NCBI GenBank assembly: GCA_043228905.1
Contig: JBHGNT010000013.1
Location: 18,786,001 to 18,850,000 of the forward strand
DNA from: Azolla caroliniana
Taxonomy: Eukaryota > Plantae > Polypodiophyta
Direction of reading: 5' to 3'
Length of the DNA: 64,000 nucleotides
Positions within the stretch are counted from its first letter, which is position 1; each line of letters opens with the position of its first letter. This document shows, in pieces, positions 26,611 through 38,880 of the stretch. Position numbers and translations under genes: made by a program. Below the pieces are notes generated by a model. It did not search any database. It had not been told where the DNA came from and worked only from the letters and a program-made list of their open reading frames with translations.

Positions 26611-29600
26611 ATGAATACTCAAATGGGGAGCGCTCTCCATAGAGAGAAGTTGGACCGAAACAACTTCACATCTTCGGAGTACAAGATGCACCAATACCTT
26701 GTCAGCCAAGGCTATTGGGGTTACATCAAGGGAGCACAAGCAAACCGACCCGACCCAAAAGACGCTAACTATGCAACTTGGGAGCAAGCGGTAAGCCGAG
26801 TGATGTATTGCTTGGCTACATGTGTTCACGACCACATGCTTGGTTACATTCGAGAAGCCAAAACGCCAAAGGAAGCACGGGGGAATCTACAAAAGATTTT
26901 CGACACCAACACAACCGCGAGAAAGCTTCAACTCCACCAAGAGTTGAACAACATCCAACAACGGGATATGTCCATCACGAGCTACACCTTGAAGATCAAG
27001 GAGCTTTGCAACTCGTTCGGCTCGATAAGCATCAACGTGGAGAATGAAGAAATGGTGCAAATATGCCTCGCCGGCCCTGCACTAGGGTTCGGCGTGATGC
27101 GGACTGTCGTACTAGCACGGGAGAATCCTCCGTCTTTCTTCGATCTTCAATCCATGTTGTCGGTCAAAGAGAATCAGTTTCGAACAAGGAGCAATGCCTC
27201 GGAAGGCCACATGCTCCACACGTATTCGGATGGAGGAAGAGGATGCGGTCTTGCAAGAAGAGGCCGATTTGGCCAAGGACGAGGCGGACGAGGCCCGACT
27301 TACGAAAACAACTCGCAATTTCGGCATCAAGACGGAAGTCATTGAGGAACCTTTGGAAGAAGAGGGAGCTTCTATTCCGGTCTAAGCCAACAAAACTCGG
27401 TCAAATGCGGATATTGTGAAAAAATGGTCACCACAAAGAAGAGTGCCATAAGAAGATACACGAGTCGGCTTCCACAAGCCGGCAACTCACCAATTACGCC
27501 ACCAACTCCGACTATGACGACTATGGCAGAATGTTTGTGATGAGGCATAGAGCAAATTTTAGGTCGGCTTCTACTTCGAATAACGCATGTAGTCCAGAAG
27601 ACGTATGGTTCATCGACTCCGGTGCCTCAAACCATGACGTCTCATCAAGAATGGTTCCGAGAACTTGGAGAGTCAGACCGACCCGACTATGTCAAAACCG
27701 GAGACGACACTACACATCCGATTCGACATATCGGCAATGTCCCATTCGGCAAAGAAGGTTACCAAACTTTTATTAAAAATGTCTTGCATGTACCAACCAT
27801 TACGAAGAATTTGATCTCCGTTGGCCAACTTGTTGAGAAAGGGATGCAAGTATGATTTAATCAAGGCGCTTGCTTCATCGAAAAAGAAAGCCAACTCATT
27901 GCTTGTGGATGAAGAGAGGGCCGAATGTTCATTCTCAACCTGCACGAGATGAAATCGGCCATGTTCGCAAAGAGCACGAAAGCCGATTCCGACATAGAGT
28001 TATGGCACAAGCGGATTGGCCATATCAACCTCCAAAAGCTCAAGGCAATGCAATCGAAAGGAGTCGTCATCGGGCTCCCGACATTCAAGGAGAAAGAGAT
28101 TGAAGGCATGTGTTCCGCTTGCCAATTCAACAAGCAACATTGGCACCCATTTCCGAAGGAGCGGAACGTGAGCAAAGGTGTACTCGACGTAATTCATTCC
28201 GATGTATGGGGTTCGTCTCCGAGGGCTACATTTGGCAGATGTCGATACTACGTGGCCTTCATCGACGACTTCTCCAGGGACACCTGGATCTACCCCATGC
28301 GGCAAAAGAGCGAAGTGTTCAAACACTTCCAAAAATTTAAGAATGAAGTCGAGAAAGCCACGGGCCGACATGAACGATGCCTTCGATCAGATGGAGGCAA
28401 GGAATATTTCTCAGATGAGTTTACGACATATCTATAGAAAGAAGGAATTCGGCGAGAGTTTTCGTGTCGACATACGCCACAACAAAACGGAGTGGCCAAA
28501 CGAAAGAATCGGCATATCCTCGAAGTAGCATGGGCCATGATGAACGAAAAGCACGTGCCGAAGTCGTATTGGGCAAAAGCGGCTAACACGGCCGTATACC
28601 TCATGAATCGGTGTACGACATTGGGTGTGCACGAACTTACTCCGCACGAGAAGTTTTTCGGAAACAAGTTGAACCTATCACATGTTCGGATACGTGCACA
28701 TCCCCGACGAGAAGCGACAAAAGCTAGAGCCGAAGTTAGAGAAATGTATCCTCGTAGGATACTCACTGGAGCAAAAGGGGTACAAGTGCTATAACCCCTC
28801 AACTCGAAAATCTTGAGTAAGTCGAGACGTCGATTTCGACGAGTCCGCATCCTGGTACGCACTAGAAACAACTTTGACTCCGATTCCGATCGACCCGGAA
28901 TACGACGAAATAGAGATTGAAGCCGAAGATCAACTCATGCGCATGTTCGAAGAAAGCCCGATTACAACAAGGCTTAGTGGACCACAAGACCCTCCAAGCG
29001 ATCAAAGCACATTTCGGCCGACTCTGAAGCTGGTCTAAGGGAAGGCAAAAATGCCAGAGTATGAAGACGATCACTTCGACGGCAACGAATTGACTCACTC
29101 CCTCGATAGTGAGTTGGAAGGCCTTGACATCCGAACAAATGGAGCAGAGAAAGTCGTAGTATCCGCAAACGAAAAGCTCCGCCGATCCACCCGTGCAAAG
29201 AACCCCATAAACTGATTTGGCTACAACGATTATATGGCGTACCGTTACGCCTTTATGATGAAGGTAGCGACAGTACGGGAGCCAGAAACATTTTCCAAAG
29301 CCGTGAAAGGACCCAGATGGGTTGAAGCGATGAATGAGGAGATGCAAGCACTCTCCAAGAATGAGACATGGGATCTCCTTCCCCAGTCACCGCGCCAGAA
29401 GGCAATTGACTGTAGATGGATCTACAAGGTGAAGTATAATGTAGACGGCTCCGTAAACCATTACAAAGCTCAACTCATAGTAAAAAGATACGCTCAGATG
29501 CATGGAGTCGACTATGAAGAGACATTTGCCCCTGTGGCAAAGATGACGACTGTGCGGACCATAATTGCACTCGCAGAGGCGAAAGGGTGGCACCTCCACC

Positions 29601-30736
29601 AGATGGACATCAAGAACACTTTCCTCCAAGGCGAATTAGAAGAAGAGGTGTACATGGTACAACCTCCCGGCTTCGAAATCACGCATTCATCCGAGAGTCG
29701 TGTGCCAACTCCAGAAGCTAGTATACGGCCTCAAGCACGCAGTGCTTGCTTGGCATTGAAAGATTACGCAATATCTTCATCAAATCGGCTTTCGAATGTC
29801 AAAATCCGACAACTCCCTCTATGTACGACACGACTCTAGAAGCCTAATTGTCATCATCCTATACGTGGATGATCTGGTCATTGGAGGCGAAAGTCTAGTC
29901 TACATCAACAAGGTCAAGTCCCTCCTCCCCGGAAAATTCGAGATGACAGACATGAATGAGCTCCATTACTTCCTAGGCATTGTAGTAATTCGGATTTTGG
30001 CCGACATTATGATCTCTCAACAACACAACATTCTCACCTTGTTATACAAGTTCCGGATGACTGAGTGCAAATCAGTCGTTACGCCTCTCGATAGAAACCT
30101 CAAACTAGATGCAGACTCCGGCACGAACGAGTGTGAGCCGACTCAGTATCGACAACTGATCGGGAGCCTCATCTATCTCACAATCACTCGACCCGACCTT
30201 AGGTATTCGATCGGCCTCCTCAGCCAATTCATGCAAAAACCACGAGACATTCACTTGGATTCCGTTAAGCGAGTATTAGGGTACGTGACCAGAACAATGG
30301 ATTACGGCATTCTCTACACATTGGCCACACCCATTCGACTCGAAGGGTACACAAACGCGGATTGGGCAGGCTACAGAGTTGATCGACGATCGACCTCCGG
30401 ATGTGTCTTCTCGCTCGGTAGGGGAGCAATATCTTGGAGTGGTAAGAAGCATCCTACCGTCGCACTTTTGAGTACGGAGGCCGAATACAGGGGCGCAGCT
30501 ATAGCTGCATGTGAAGCTGTATAGCTCAAGAGGATTTTGAAGGATCTGGGCGTTCCCATCAAGGATCCAACTCCCCTTCACTACGACAACATGAGCAGTA
30601 TTTATCTGGCTCGGAACCCGGGAGCATATCGAAGTGCACTATCACTTCATTCAAGAGCGTGTTCAGGCCGACGATATCGACCTTCAACACAAATCTTCAA
30701 ACGACCGACATCTTCACGAAAGCCTTAGGAGTTGAC
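26611..30736 (+). pseudogene. pol: Copia gag-pol (Gag, PR, INT, RT, RNase H), fragmented
   Basis: WFIDSGASNH, LWHKRIGH, HSDVWG, FIDDFSR, LRSDGGKEY, HQMDIKN, ILYVDD, STEAEY; last codons resume at 42289. Confidence 0.92.
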
Positions 30737-31509
30737 TATCAAGATTCGAACTCTTGACATGACCATGTTATAATATAGTATTGTGAGTTAACCAAGATAT
30801 CTAGTACATAGTTATGTATGTAATTGGTCCTTATAATTTTGCTAGCATCTTGTGCATAGTTGCTCCCTTGTAGTATTTACACTTGGCACATGCATGCATA
30901 CCTACATGCTCTATTGTAGATTCACATGCGTGCAACAAGTATGCATGCCATGTAGTATAAATAGAGGAGTTCACCTTGAAGGAATTCAAGGTGAACAACA
31001 CCAGTTATGGAGTCTTTCCTTTAATACTATCTTCTTTTGTGTCCATTTGGTTATCTTCTTGCTTGTCTCTTGAGCTTATGATCCGTGACAGTTTGTTCAC
31101 CTTCCCATCCTCATAGCTCTCCCTCTCATAAGCCATAGCTATGTCTGACTCAACTAGTGAGTTAGGCCAAATAATGGTAGCCTTATGACAACTACAGCTT
31201 GAAAATGAAGCTCTTCGAAATTCTTTACAAGAACTTCAAGTCGGTACCTTCCTATCCTCACAACCCCTGAACCCTAGTCTCCGACAACAACCTAGCCTAG
31301 AGCCCGATCTTCTACCAACATCTAGCCTAGCTTCGTCACAGTTTCTTGAGCCTAAGGTTAGCCTCCCAGAAAAATTTGATGGAACGAGGCCGTGTTTCCG
31401 AGGGTTCATCAACCAAGTTCGACTTGTCATTCGGCTACAACCTCAACATTATGGAGATGGTCTTCGACAAGTCGGCCTTGTGGGCACCCTTCTCTCCGGT
31501 CCGGCCCAA

Positions 31510-31542
31510 AACACTGGGTCATTTGAAACAGGTAATATGTCG
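31510..31542 (+). repeat. Left terminal inverted repeat
   Basis: AACACTGGGTCATTTGAAACAGGTAATATGTCG. Confidence 0.95.
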
Positions 31543-32272
31543 TATTCTCTTTTGGCATAGTTGGCCAGATGTAGAAAAGTACCCTATTTTAGCCTGATAT
31601 CGAAAATATACGATGCATGCGTACCCCTTTTGCGACTTGATGGTTAAATATAGAACAAAAAAAACCTAGCAATTACTAAATTGTATATGTGTCCACATTC
31701 GTGTCAATTTGCATATCATGGAGCACAATTGAAGACTTGGTTCAATATAAAGTTCTAAAATTGGTATCCATATTCAAATTGTAGAGTAAAACTACATAAA
31801 CCGTAATTATAAATATGTGGTTTTGGGTTTAGGAATAAAGTAGTACCCCACTTGTTGGACGGGTATATCGATAGTTTCATTGTATAATGTCATATAGTTC
31901 ATGACAATGTAATTGGTAAGAGTAACAATTACGTACGACATTCATTTATACTATGTGGAACCAGTAAACTTGAACCGTTGGTAACTAAAAACCTCTTATT
32001 ATTAAAAACATTCGCCTTTTCATATACAGTCATGCTAACGGAAATGAGAAATTACAATATCATGTTAATATCTCAAACTGAAGAAGAGCATGGTGACCAA
32101 TTATATGTAAATACAAACAACGGTTCCAATAATGATTAAAAAGGGAAATTATGAACAGGTGAAATTAATTAAACGATAAACAATTACAGATGTTCTCATA
32201 TACAAATATAATATGAAGTGATGGTGAACATTATGCCTCAAAATCCTCAATTTTTACATTACGCCATCTACA

Positions 32273-35200
32273 TCAATCTATAAGCAAATCAGGCAGAGCA
32301 GGCTCCTCTGGCGCTAATTGTTCTAGACTGTTTTCATTCGTGTCATCTCCAAGCTCTCCCGAATCTGATGTATGGTCAAACTGTGCTACATCTTCCAGGT
32401 CCACCAACTCCCCTGCTTCTTCATCAATTGGTTCCATTGGTTCTCGTGAAGTCATCTGGAACATCTCTGTCTCGTTGATGTGTTTTGCTCCAACTTCTTC
32501 ATCCTGATTTGGACAGTCCCAGATTCCTGTGATCCTCATTTTGATGAAGTTAACTTGAGCAGGGTCCTTCTCCAATGCAACACAGTTTCTAAACATCTTC
32601 AATGCACAAGCTGTCGTTGTACCTAATGGTTGCATGAACACAAACAAGTATATATAAGAAGTAACGTTTTAAACTTGATAGACAAGATTGAAATTAAATA
32701 TATATATTATACCTGTGCTAGAGAACAAGTCTAGGACCCAATCATCTGGATTCGAGAAGAGCTCTATGAGGCGGTTGATCAATCTTTGAGGTTTTTGATA
32801 AGGGTTCACCATACTTTTATCCCCTGACACATGTCTTAATTTTTTGGTTACAGCTGGGCACATGATGTAGTTAACCACGTTACGCTCATTGACATGTGCT
32901 CTAGCCTTCTTCTTTGTAATTGAATCATAGTAGCCCACACAAAAATGTTCGACCGCACTAACCATTCGATCGCCAGGGCTACGTGTAATATTTGTTTTGA
33001 TCCTATAGAGAAAGAAAATCAAGTATTAGAGGTGTAAATGTGTACATATAATAAGAAGTACTGTAATGAGTAAAAGCGAACTATAACGCACCAATGCATG
33101 TGTTCAGTGGCATGACAACGAGACTTCAAAGCTGTTGTGACTGACAGTGATTGCCCCATGCTATGAAATATGACTATCCTCCACAAGGGGGCCAATGTCA
33201 GTTCTGCGAAATCCTTTACCATTTTCTCAATCTGAGGGTACTTGAAAGGCACATCATCATATGTTGATCCCGCAATACGGAAACCATATGGTATGTCAGC
33301 TATTAGCAAAGTTTAGTGCCTTCTCGGTAACAGTTCGAGCATCTGGGATACTTTGCCATTGAAAACACTATAATGAAGCTGTTTGAAAGGATCAGACCTA
33401 TGCAAAAAACTCTTTACAGTCTCCGAATCCTCGGGCAGTTCCATTTCCTTCCCTTTGGTCATTCTCTTCTCATATTTCGCACATTCTAAGTGCGTGATGA
33501 AGGCCGCTGGAATACCGTCATTATTGTCGTTGTTCTTTTTCGATTTTGATGGTTTCTGCAAGTGTCATTGTTGTTAGCAGGGAACATTACTTTCTAACAT
33601 ATCAACATTCAAAAGACACATACCCATTCTCTAAATACAATAAAATATTCCTCCAATGCCTTGTAGGAAGAAGTTATCGGGCAGGCTTGTTCAGCTTCTT
33701 CCCATGTCGGTAAACTCAGTTTTTGCATCATCAACTCCTGAATCTTCATGTATACCTTGTGACTGCACAATCAATATGAAATTAGAAATAAGATATTCAA
33801 AATAATTGAAGACTTTCATGAAAAGGTATACTATAAACACTTACTTTTGCAAGTCTGTTACCATCTCGTCCAAACTAAATTCCTTGGCGACCACTCGAGA
33901 TAGCACGGATATTAACAATCTATGATCTTTGATACCTTGTAATGATCTCCAAGGTAAAAGTTTCATGTCCTCTGGTAACTCCTCGATTACCAAGTCGCTT
34001 TTTCCCTTGGTCTTTGATTTTATCTCAACTTGTGGATCAATTCTTCCCTTTTTTGATCTTTGCCCCTTGACTTCTTTCCGCTCCCACATAGAGAATATTT
34101 TGTCTTGGAGATCCCACACCTCTCCGGTCCGAAAAGATAGTTGAAACCAAGAATGATATTTTCGGAGACCTTCGGATTTCGTACTCTCATCCACTGCAAT
34201 CCCTACTTCCAATAAACACTGACGTTGCAATCCAGGCCACAATCTTGGACCAAAACGATTCAAGGCATCGAGGTATTCATGATGAAAAAATCTTATCCTC
34301 TCTATACATGACATCTTTTGCGTATAATCGTTGTCATTGTTATGGTCCCATGTGAGCAGCTTCGCCTCCTCGTGAGTTAGTCCTGCATATACCTTACATT
34401 CGGCGTATTTGAAGAACGGCGTGAGAGGATATTCTTTGACAAGCTGTCGTCGAGCTTTGGCCGAATGTGATCCTCCGATTACATAGTATGTGTAATCGTC
34501 TGCAGAGCTATACTTGAAATCTGCTACTATTGGGCATTGTTCTTGATCAACCATTACCAAAAATGGCACCACAGTAGCGTGAGGATTGATTTTCATTTTG
34601 CTTTTCAGGTTTTGCACATGGACGGAGTGCGGCTCCCTAATTTCCAAGGGACGTCTTCCAGTCACGGGGTCAATGGGGGGCCTTTGGATAGAAGTAATGG
34701 GAAAATGAAATAGCCGGCCCCTGCGCACAAGTTTAGTCTTCACAATATTTTCTCTTATTTTATTTTGTTCTGACGTCAAGACACCAGAAGATAGTTGTCC
34801 GCCTGGAGCCACGACGTCGACTTGTTGGTCGTCTTCTTCTTCCACGAACTCTAATATTTCTTCTTCTTCTTCTTCGGGTCGTGGTCGTTTAGTATATTTC
34901 TTTTGAACAGGATTTGTCTTCCTAGACTTTTTCGGTGGAGTTTCTGCTTCACCGGTCATCATCTCTCCTGTCACGTACGACCGAAGAGCTACCAACAAGT
35001 TATTTTTCGTTTGCAGGTCTTTACGCAAAGCCTTGGGATTGCAAGATTCGGGTACTAGGTTTCCCTCATCAAGTCACAATCGCCTGTCGCCAACTGAGCT
35101 CAAGACGTCGATTAAAATACATGTAGAATCAATGTCTTCGTACTCTAGCTTGGTTACATGCCCGTAATTAAATGTTTTCCCAAGCTGAAGTTTCCCTTCC

Positions 35201-35846
35201 CCGTCCGATTTTGCCGTTATCAATAACAACACCCCATCCTCCTCGACATAAGAGAGACACCATTCAAGTTCGGGGTAATCCTTATATTTCACCTCAACCG
35301 TTTTCTCCTCTTGCGTACTACCTTTGTTGATTTTGGTAGTAGCCACAGATGACTTGGATCCTCCTTCCCCCGTTGAGTCAAATAAATTCTTTTTACTCGT
35401 GTCCTTCATGAAGGAGCCAGAATCTCGTTTTGTCAGAGATCGAATCTTCAATCTAAATGAAGGAACTTTTTGTCTGGGTTCACTGAAATTAAAAACGTTG
35501 GTGAAAACATAGAAACAACGTACAATTTCATCTAAATCACGCAAATTATCATTTAAATTACGTCAATTTTATGGTCCCATGCGATAGTTTTTTATCGCAA
35601 AAATAACATTTTTTTCAACCAAAATCCGATGCAGTGCATCGGATTTCGATTGAAAGGCACTGCATCGGATGCAGTGCATCGGATTTTGGTTGAAAGGCAG
35701 GACTTTCAAAATTGCTTTCCAAGTTCGTTGTACAAAATAAAATAAAATTTCTATGTGTTGAGGAAAGGAATCTTTAAGGAATCTTTAGGAATCTTAAAAA
35801 ATGTAATGAATATTACTAACCTGGCGATTTTCTTTCCCTTGTTCAT
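32273..35846 (-). pseudogene. ParB/Srx-like domain plus beta-class DNA N6-adenine/N4-cytosine methyltransferase, 6 exons (copy 2; frameshift near 35070, stop at 33313)
   Basis: Frame-preserving GT-AG introns 35483-35820, 33763-33844, 33556-33623, 33003-33091, 32623-32712; ParB-like IREPHSVHVQNLKSKM..PFLV..YYVIGGSHSAKAR..EEAKLL; motif IV ADIPYG precedes motif X NPYQKP and motif I DLFSSTGTT. Confidence 0.88.
35613..35695. repeat. Palindrome cluster (ATCCGATGCAGTGCATCGGAT and partial copies) in intron 1 of the MTase gene
   Basis: TTTCAACCAAAATCCGATGCAGTGCATCGGATTTCGATTGAAA followed by a partial duplication. Confidence 0.92.
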
Positions 35847-36143
35847 GGTTCGTGCCGGAGGTAGTGCTGTCCACGATGTGCTTCTAAGTGCTCGAAAATT
35901 GGCCTGTGCTCTGAGCTCGATGGATTCTTTCACGTGATAATGAAAATGAAATTTCTAACCTCCTTATATAGAAGACTTTAGCATTCTTTTTAAAATAAAA
36001 AATAAATTTTAATTATTTGTTTTTTAGGAAAATTTCGGAAAATAATATAGTTAATCTAAGTGTTCGGGTAGTTATATAGTTAGGCTTCAACATTCCTTAA
36101 TTTTCTCAAAAGAAGGTTTTAGAATACAGTTAGACTCCCTCAA
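35847..36143. promoter_or_regulatory. Putative divergent promoter between the MTase and transposase genes
   Basis: About 300 bp, AT-rich; minus-strand TATATAA at 35964-35970 and plus-strand TTATATAG at 36072-36079; equivalents at ~22555 and ~22637 in copy 1. Confidence 0.55.
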
Positions 36144-38586
36144 ATGTCTTCTTCTACAAGTAGAACATCTCTTTTTTCTATTGCCCCCTTTTCATTGTCA
36201 GATAACTCGTATTTCTCAATAGAAGAGTACGACCACAAAAAACATTTGCGGCTTAAACAGAAAAGTGTGGCTCCTAGTACTTCGAATTCTCTGTTTTCAA
36301 TTGATCCAGTTGATGGCCCTCTTCATGCAAGCTTACAAGCGGACGATTCTTCGTTGATAGATAACAATAGCATTACTAAACCTCTAGCATTTAAAAGAGT
36401 TCCTCGACAAGTTAGTGAAAAGAGATTTAATTTCTTATGTTCTGATCGTCAACTTCTATGCGACTTGAACAAATCGTGTTGTGCGAATCTCTGTCTATCA
36501 ACTTATTGAAAGTCAAGGTTACGTGAAACACGACAAATATACTTGTCACTTAATGGGGAAGAGCAAGATACATTTCTTCTTTTGCATATGCAACTTAAAT
36601 TGGATCACAAAGCAGGGCCTAATTCAACGCAAGTTGAATATTTCCTTTGGACTATATACCAAGTGTTGTCGAGTAGCTTTTAAAATCACTCATAGCATTG
36701 GAAATATGCGGCTGCAACGAGTTCAAGAGCGACTTGTGAAGGGCTCCTGGGTACAGTTCGATCAAAATGGTTCTGGATGTAAGGGTCAAATTGGGCAATA
36801 GGCAATTAGGTGGATGGAGGTATATTTTTCAAAACAGTGCGAAGTTATGCCAACGACAGGAAGACTTCATTTGTCAGATAACTTTACTCGAAGGGAAGTT
36901 TACCAATCGTACAAGGACGACATGTCTTCCGATGTTGAGCCTTACATATAGTACAGGCATTTTAATCGACTATGGAGGTTACAATTTAATAACGTGGTTA
37001 TCCCACGAAAGGTGCGAATGGGAGTCTGCTCAATATGTGCGAGTTTAAAAAGTATGGCCAAGGGGTGGAAAATCAGATGTAGAGATCAAGAATTACAAGA
37101 ACTTGTTAAAAGAACATCGTGAAAGTCAGGCATTGGAACGTACTAAGGCTATGCATCACCGACAAAAAGCGTTTCAATCTCCCGAAAAGTATATGTGCAT
37201 GATTATTGACGGCATGGATCAAAAGAAAACTTGTTTGCCGCATTTTCAAAGACTCCCCAAGGATATTGGAGATGAGGGTCTCGTGCAAATGCATCTAGTG
37301 GGTTGTTTGACATACTGTCAAACTATAAGACCGCAAGTGTTCTTAACTTATCCCAATATCCACAACGACCCTAATCTTACTGTCATTGTCATGCACAGAG
37401 TATTGCAATCATGGTCAGGTATACTCCCGCCAGTTCTATATGTGCAACTAGACAACACTTGGAAGAAGTATACGACTTTAAACGTTTCTGCATGGATAGT
37501 GATGGGACTAAAGGTAGGGTGCTTGCACCTCTTAATAATATAAGTTTCAACCATGTCTTCCTCATAAAACAAAGATCGGCCCACCTGAAGATGACGGTGT
37601 TCTTTGCGAAACAATACTCATCTAGTGCACAATGGGAGCCCCAAGAAGGTTGTGGGCTCCTTCTTCATATCCCAGATGAACCTCTACATGGTGCACAACA
37701 AATGCCATATGATGATCGTAAAAATGTAGCACCAAATAGCACTATTGATGAACAAAGGGCATATTGGTTGAGATGTCTAGCAGAGAAACAAAATAATATT
37801 GATCGGACTAAGAAGTATGCCGGTGATGAGGATGTTGAATGGTGGGAGATTTTCTTCACCCATCAACGCACCATTTTAGATAATTACATCGCCGGTTTAT
37901 GGCCAATCCGTATCCCATTCACATGGAACATTGGGATGACATCAACGATATCGCAGACTCATCACCAACAATCGAATAATATGGAGCTTCATGATTTAGT
38001 TCGGCCACTGCAAAGAGATATTTATGTGGGACCAAGAAAGTCACGTATTGTTGAGGCAAGATGGCAAGGTAATTTGCAAGAACTACAAGTGGGAATGTTG
38101 GTTGCAACATTAGCAGGGGACGATACCTTGGGCCATCCATTTTGGATTGCAAAAATTATTGAATTAGTAAGGGATGAAGAAAGTAGTCAGACAAAGTCAA
38201 TAGTAGTCCATTGGTATCAGACAAATTCAACTGATGCATTTACAGGAAAGTATTCTTTAGAGATGGTTAAGGATGTCGGATGTTCAAGCAGAAAGAGAAG
38301 AAGAAAGAATATACCGAGCACGGCTACTCTCGCACTAGACCGTGTTGACATACTAGTATATGACTTCTCATTGACAAAATCAGGTCATCTAAGACAAGCA
38401 ACTATCAAGATAATAAAGGAGAAAATCCCAAACATGGTGTCAAACGAAATACAGAGAATAACCAGAAGCAATTCTCATAACCACAAAGATGTTGGGTTGG
38501 AATTGGATGAGGATAATGCTTTGATTGCCACTGATGATGAGGATGAGACGTCAGAATGCTCTTCTAGTCCATCAGACATGTCTTAA
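36144..38586 (+). pseudogene. Sola-like DDD transposase, copy 2 (stops, frameshifts, internal deletion at ~37459)
   Basis: CSIC, IIDGMDQKKTCLPH, LYVQLDNT then a jump to LEEVYDFKRF; C-terminal PFWIAKIIEL..IVVHWY; basic RKRRRK; acidic tail. Confidence 0.85.
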
Positions 38587-38880
38587 TATATTGGTTTGGT
38601 TCAAGCTGGGGATTGTTTTACTACATGATCGGAAACTTTGTAAATTTGTTTTGGATGTAAACTCACGAATATGTATAATTGTAACTGGTAGACATGTTGT
38701 ACATTATTTTGTAATTTTGGTGATGTATTTTTGGAGGCATTTTACTTATGACTCAAAGTGGTAGTCATGTTGAAATTCAATATATTTTGCCACCTTTTCT
38801 GAAAAGCTTTACGCATGCGTCGTGTCTTTTTGAAAATTGCGTGCTTTTGTGCCCTTTTTCGACGTAATGTTCTCATAATG

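Noticed and set aside
32273-35846. Bacterial contamination or a restriction-modification system as the source of the MTase
   Set aside because: The gene has five spliceosomal introns conserved in two copies, lies inside TIRs with a TSD in a plant-type retrotransposon, and has no adjacent endonuclease gene.
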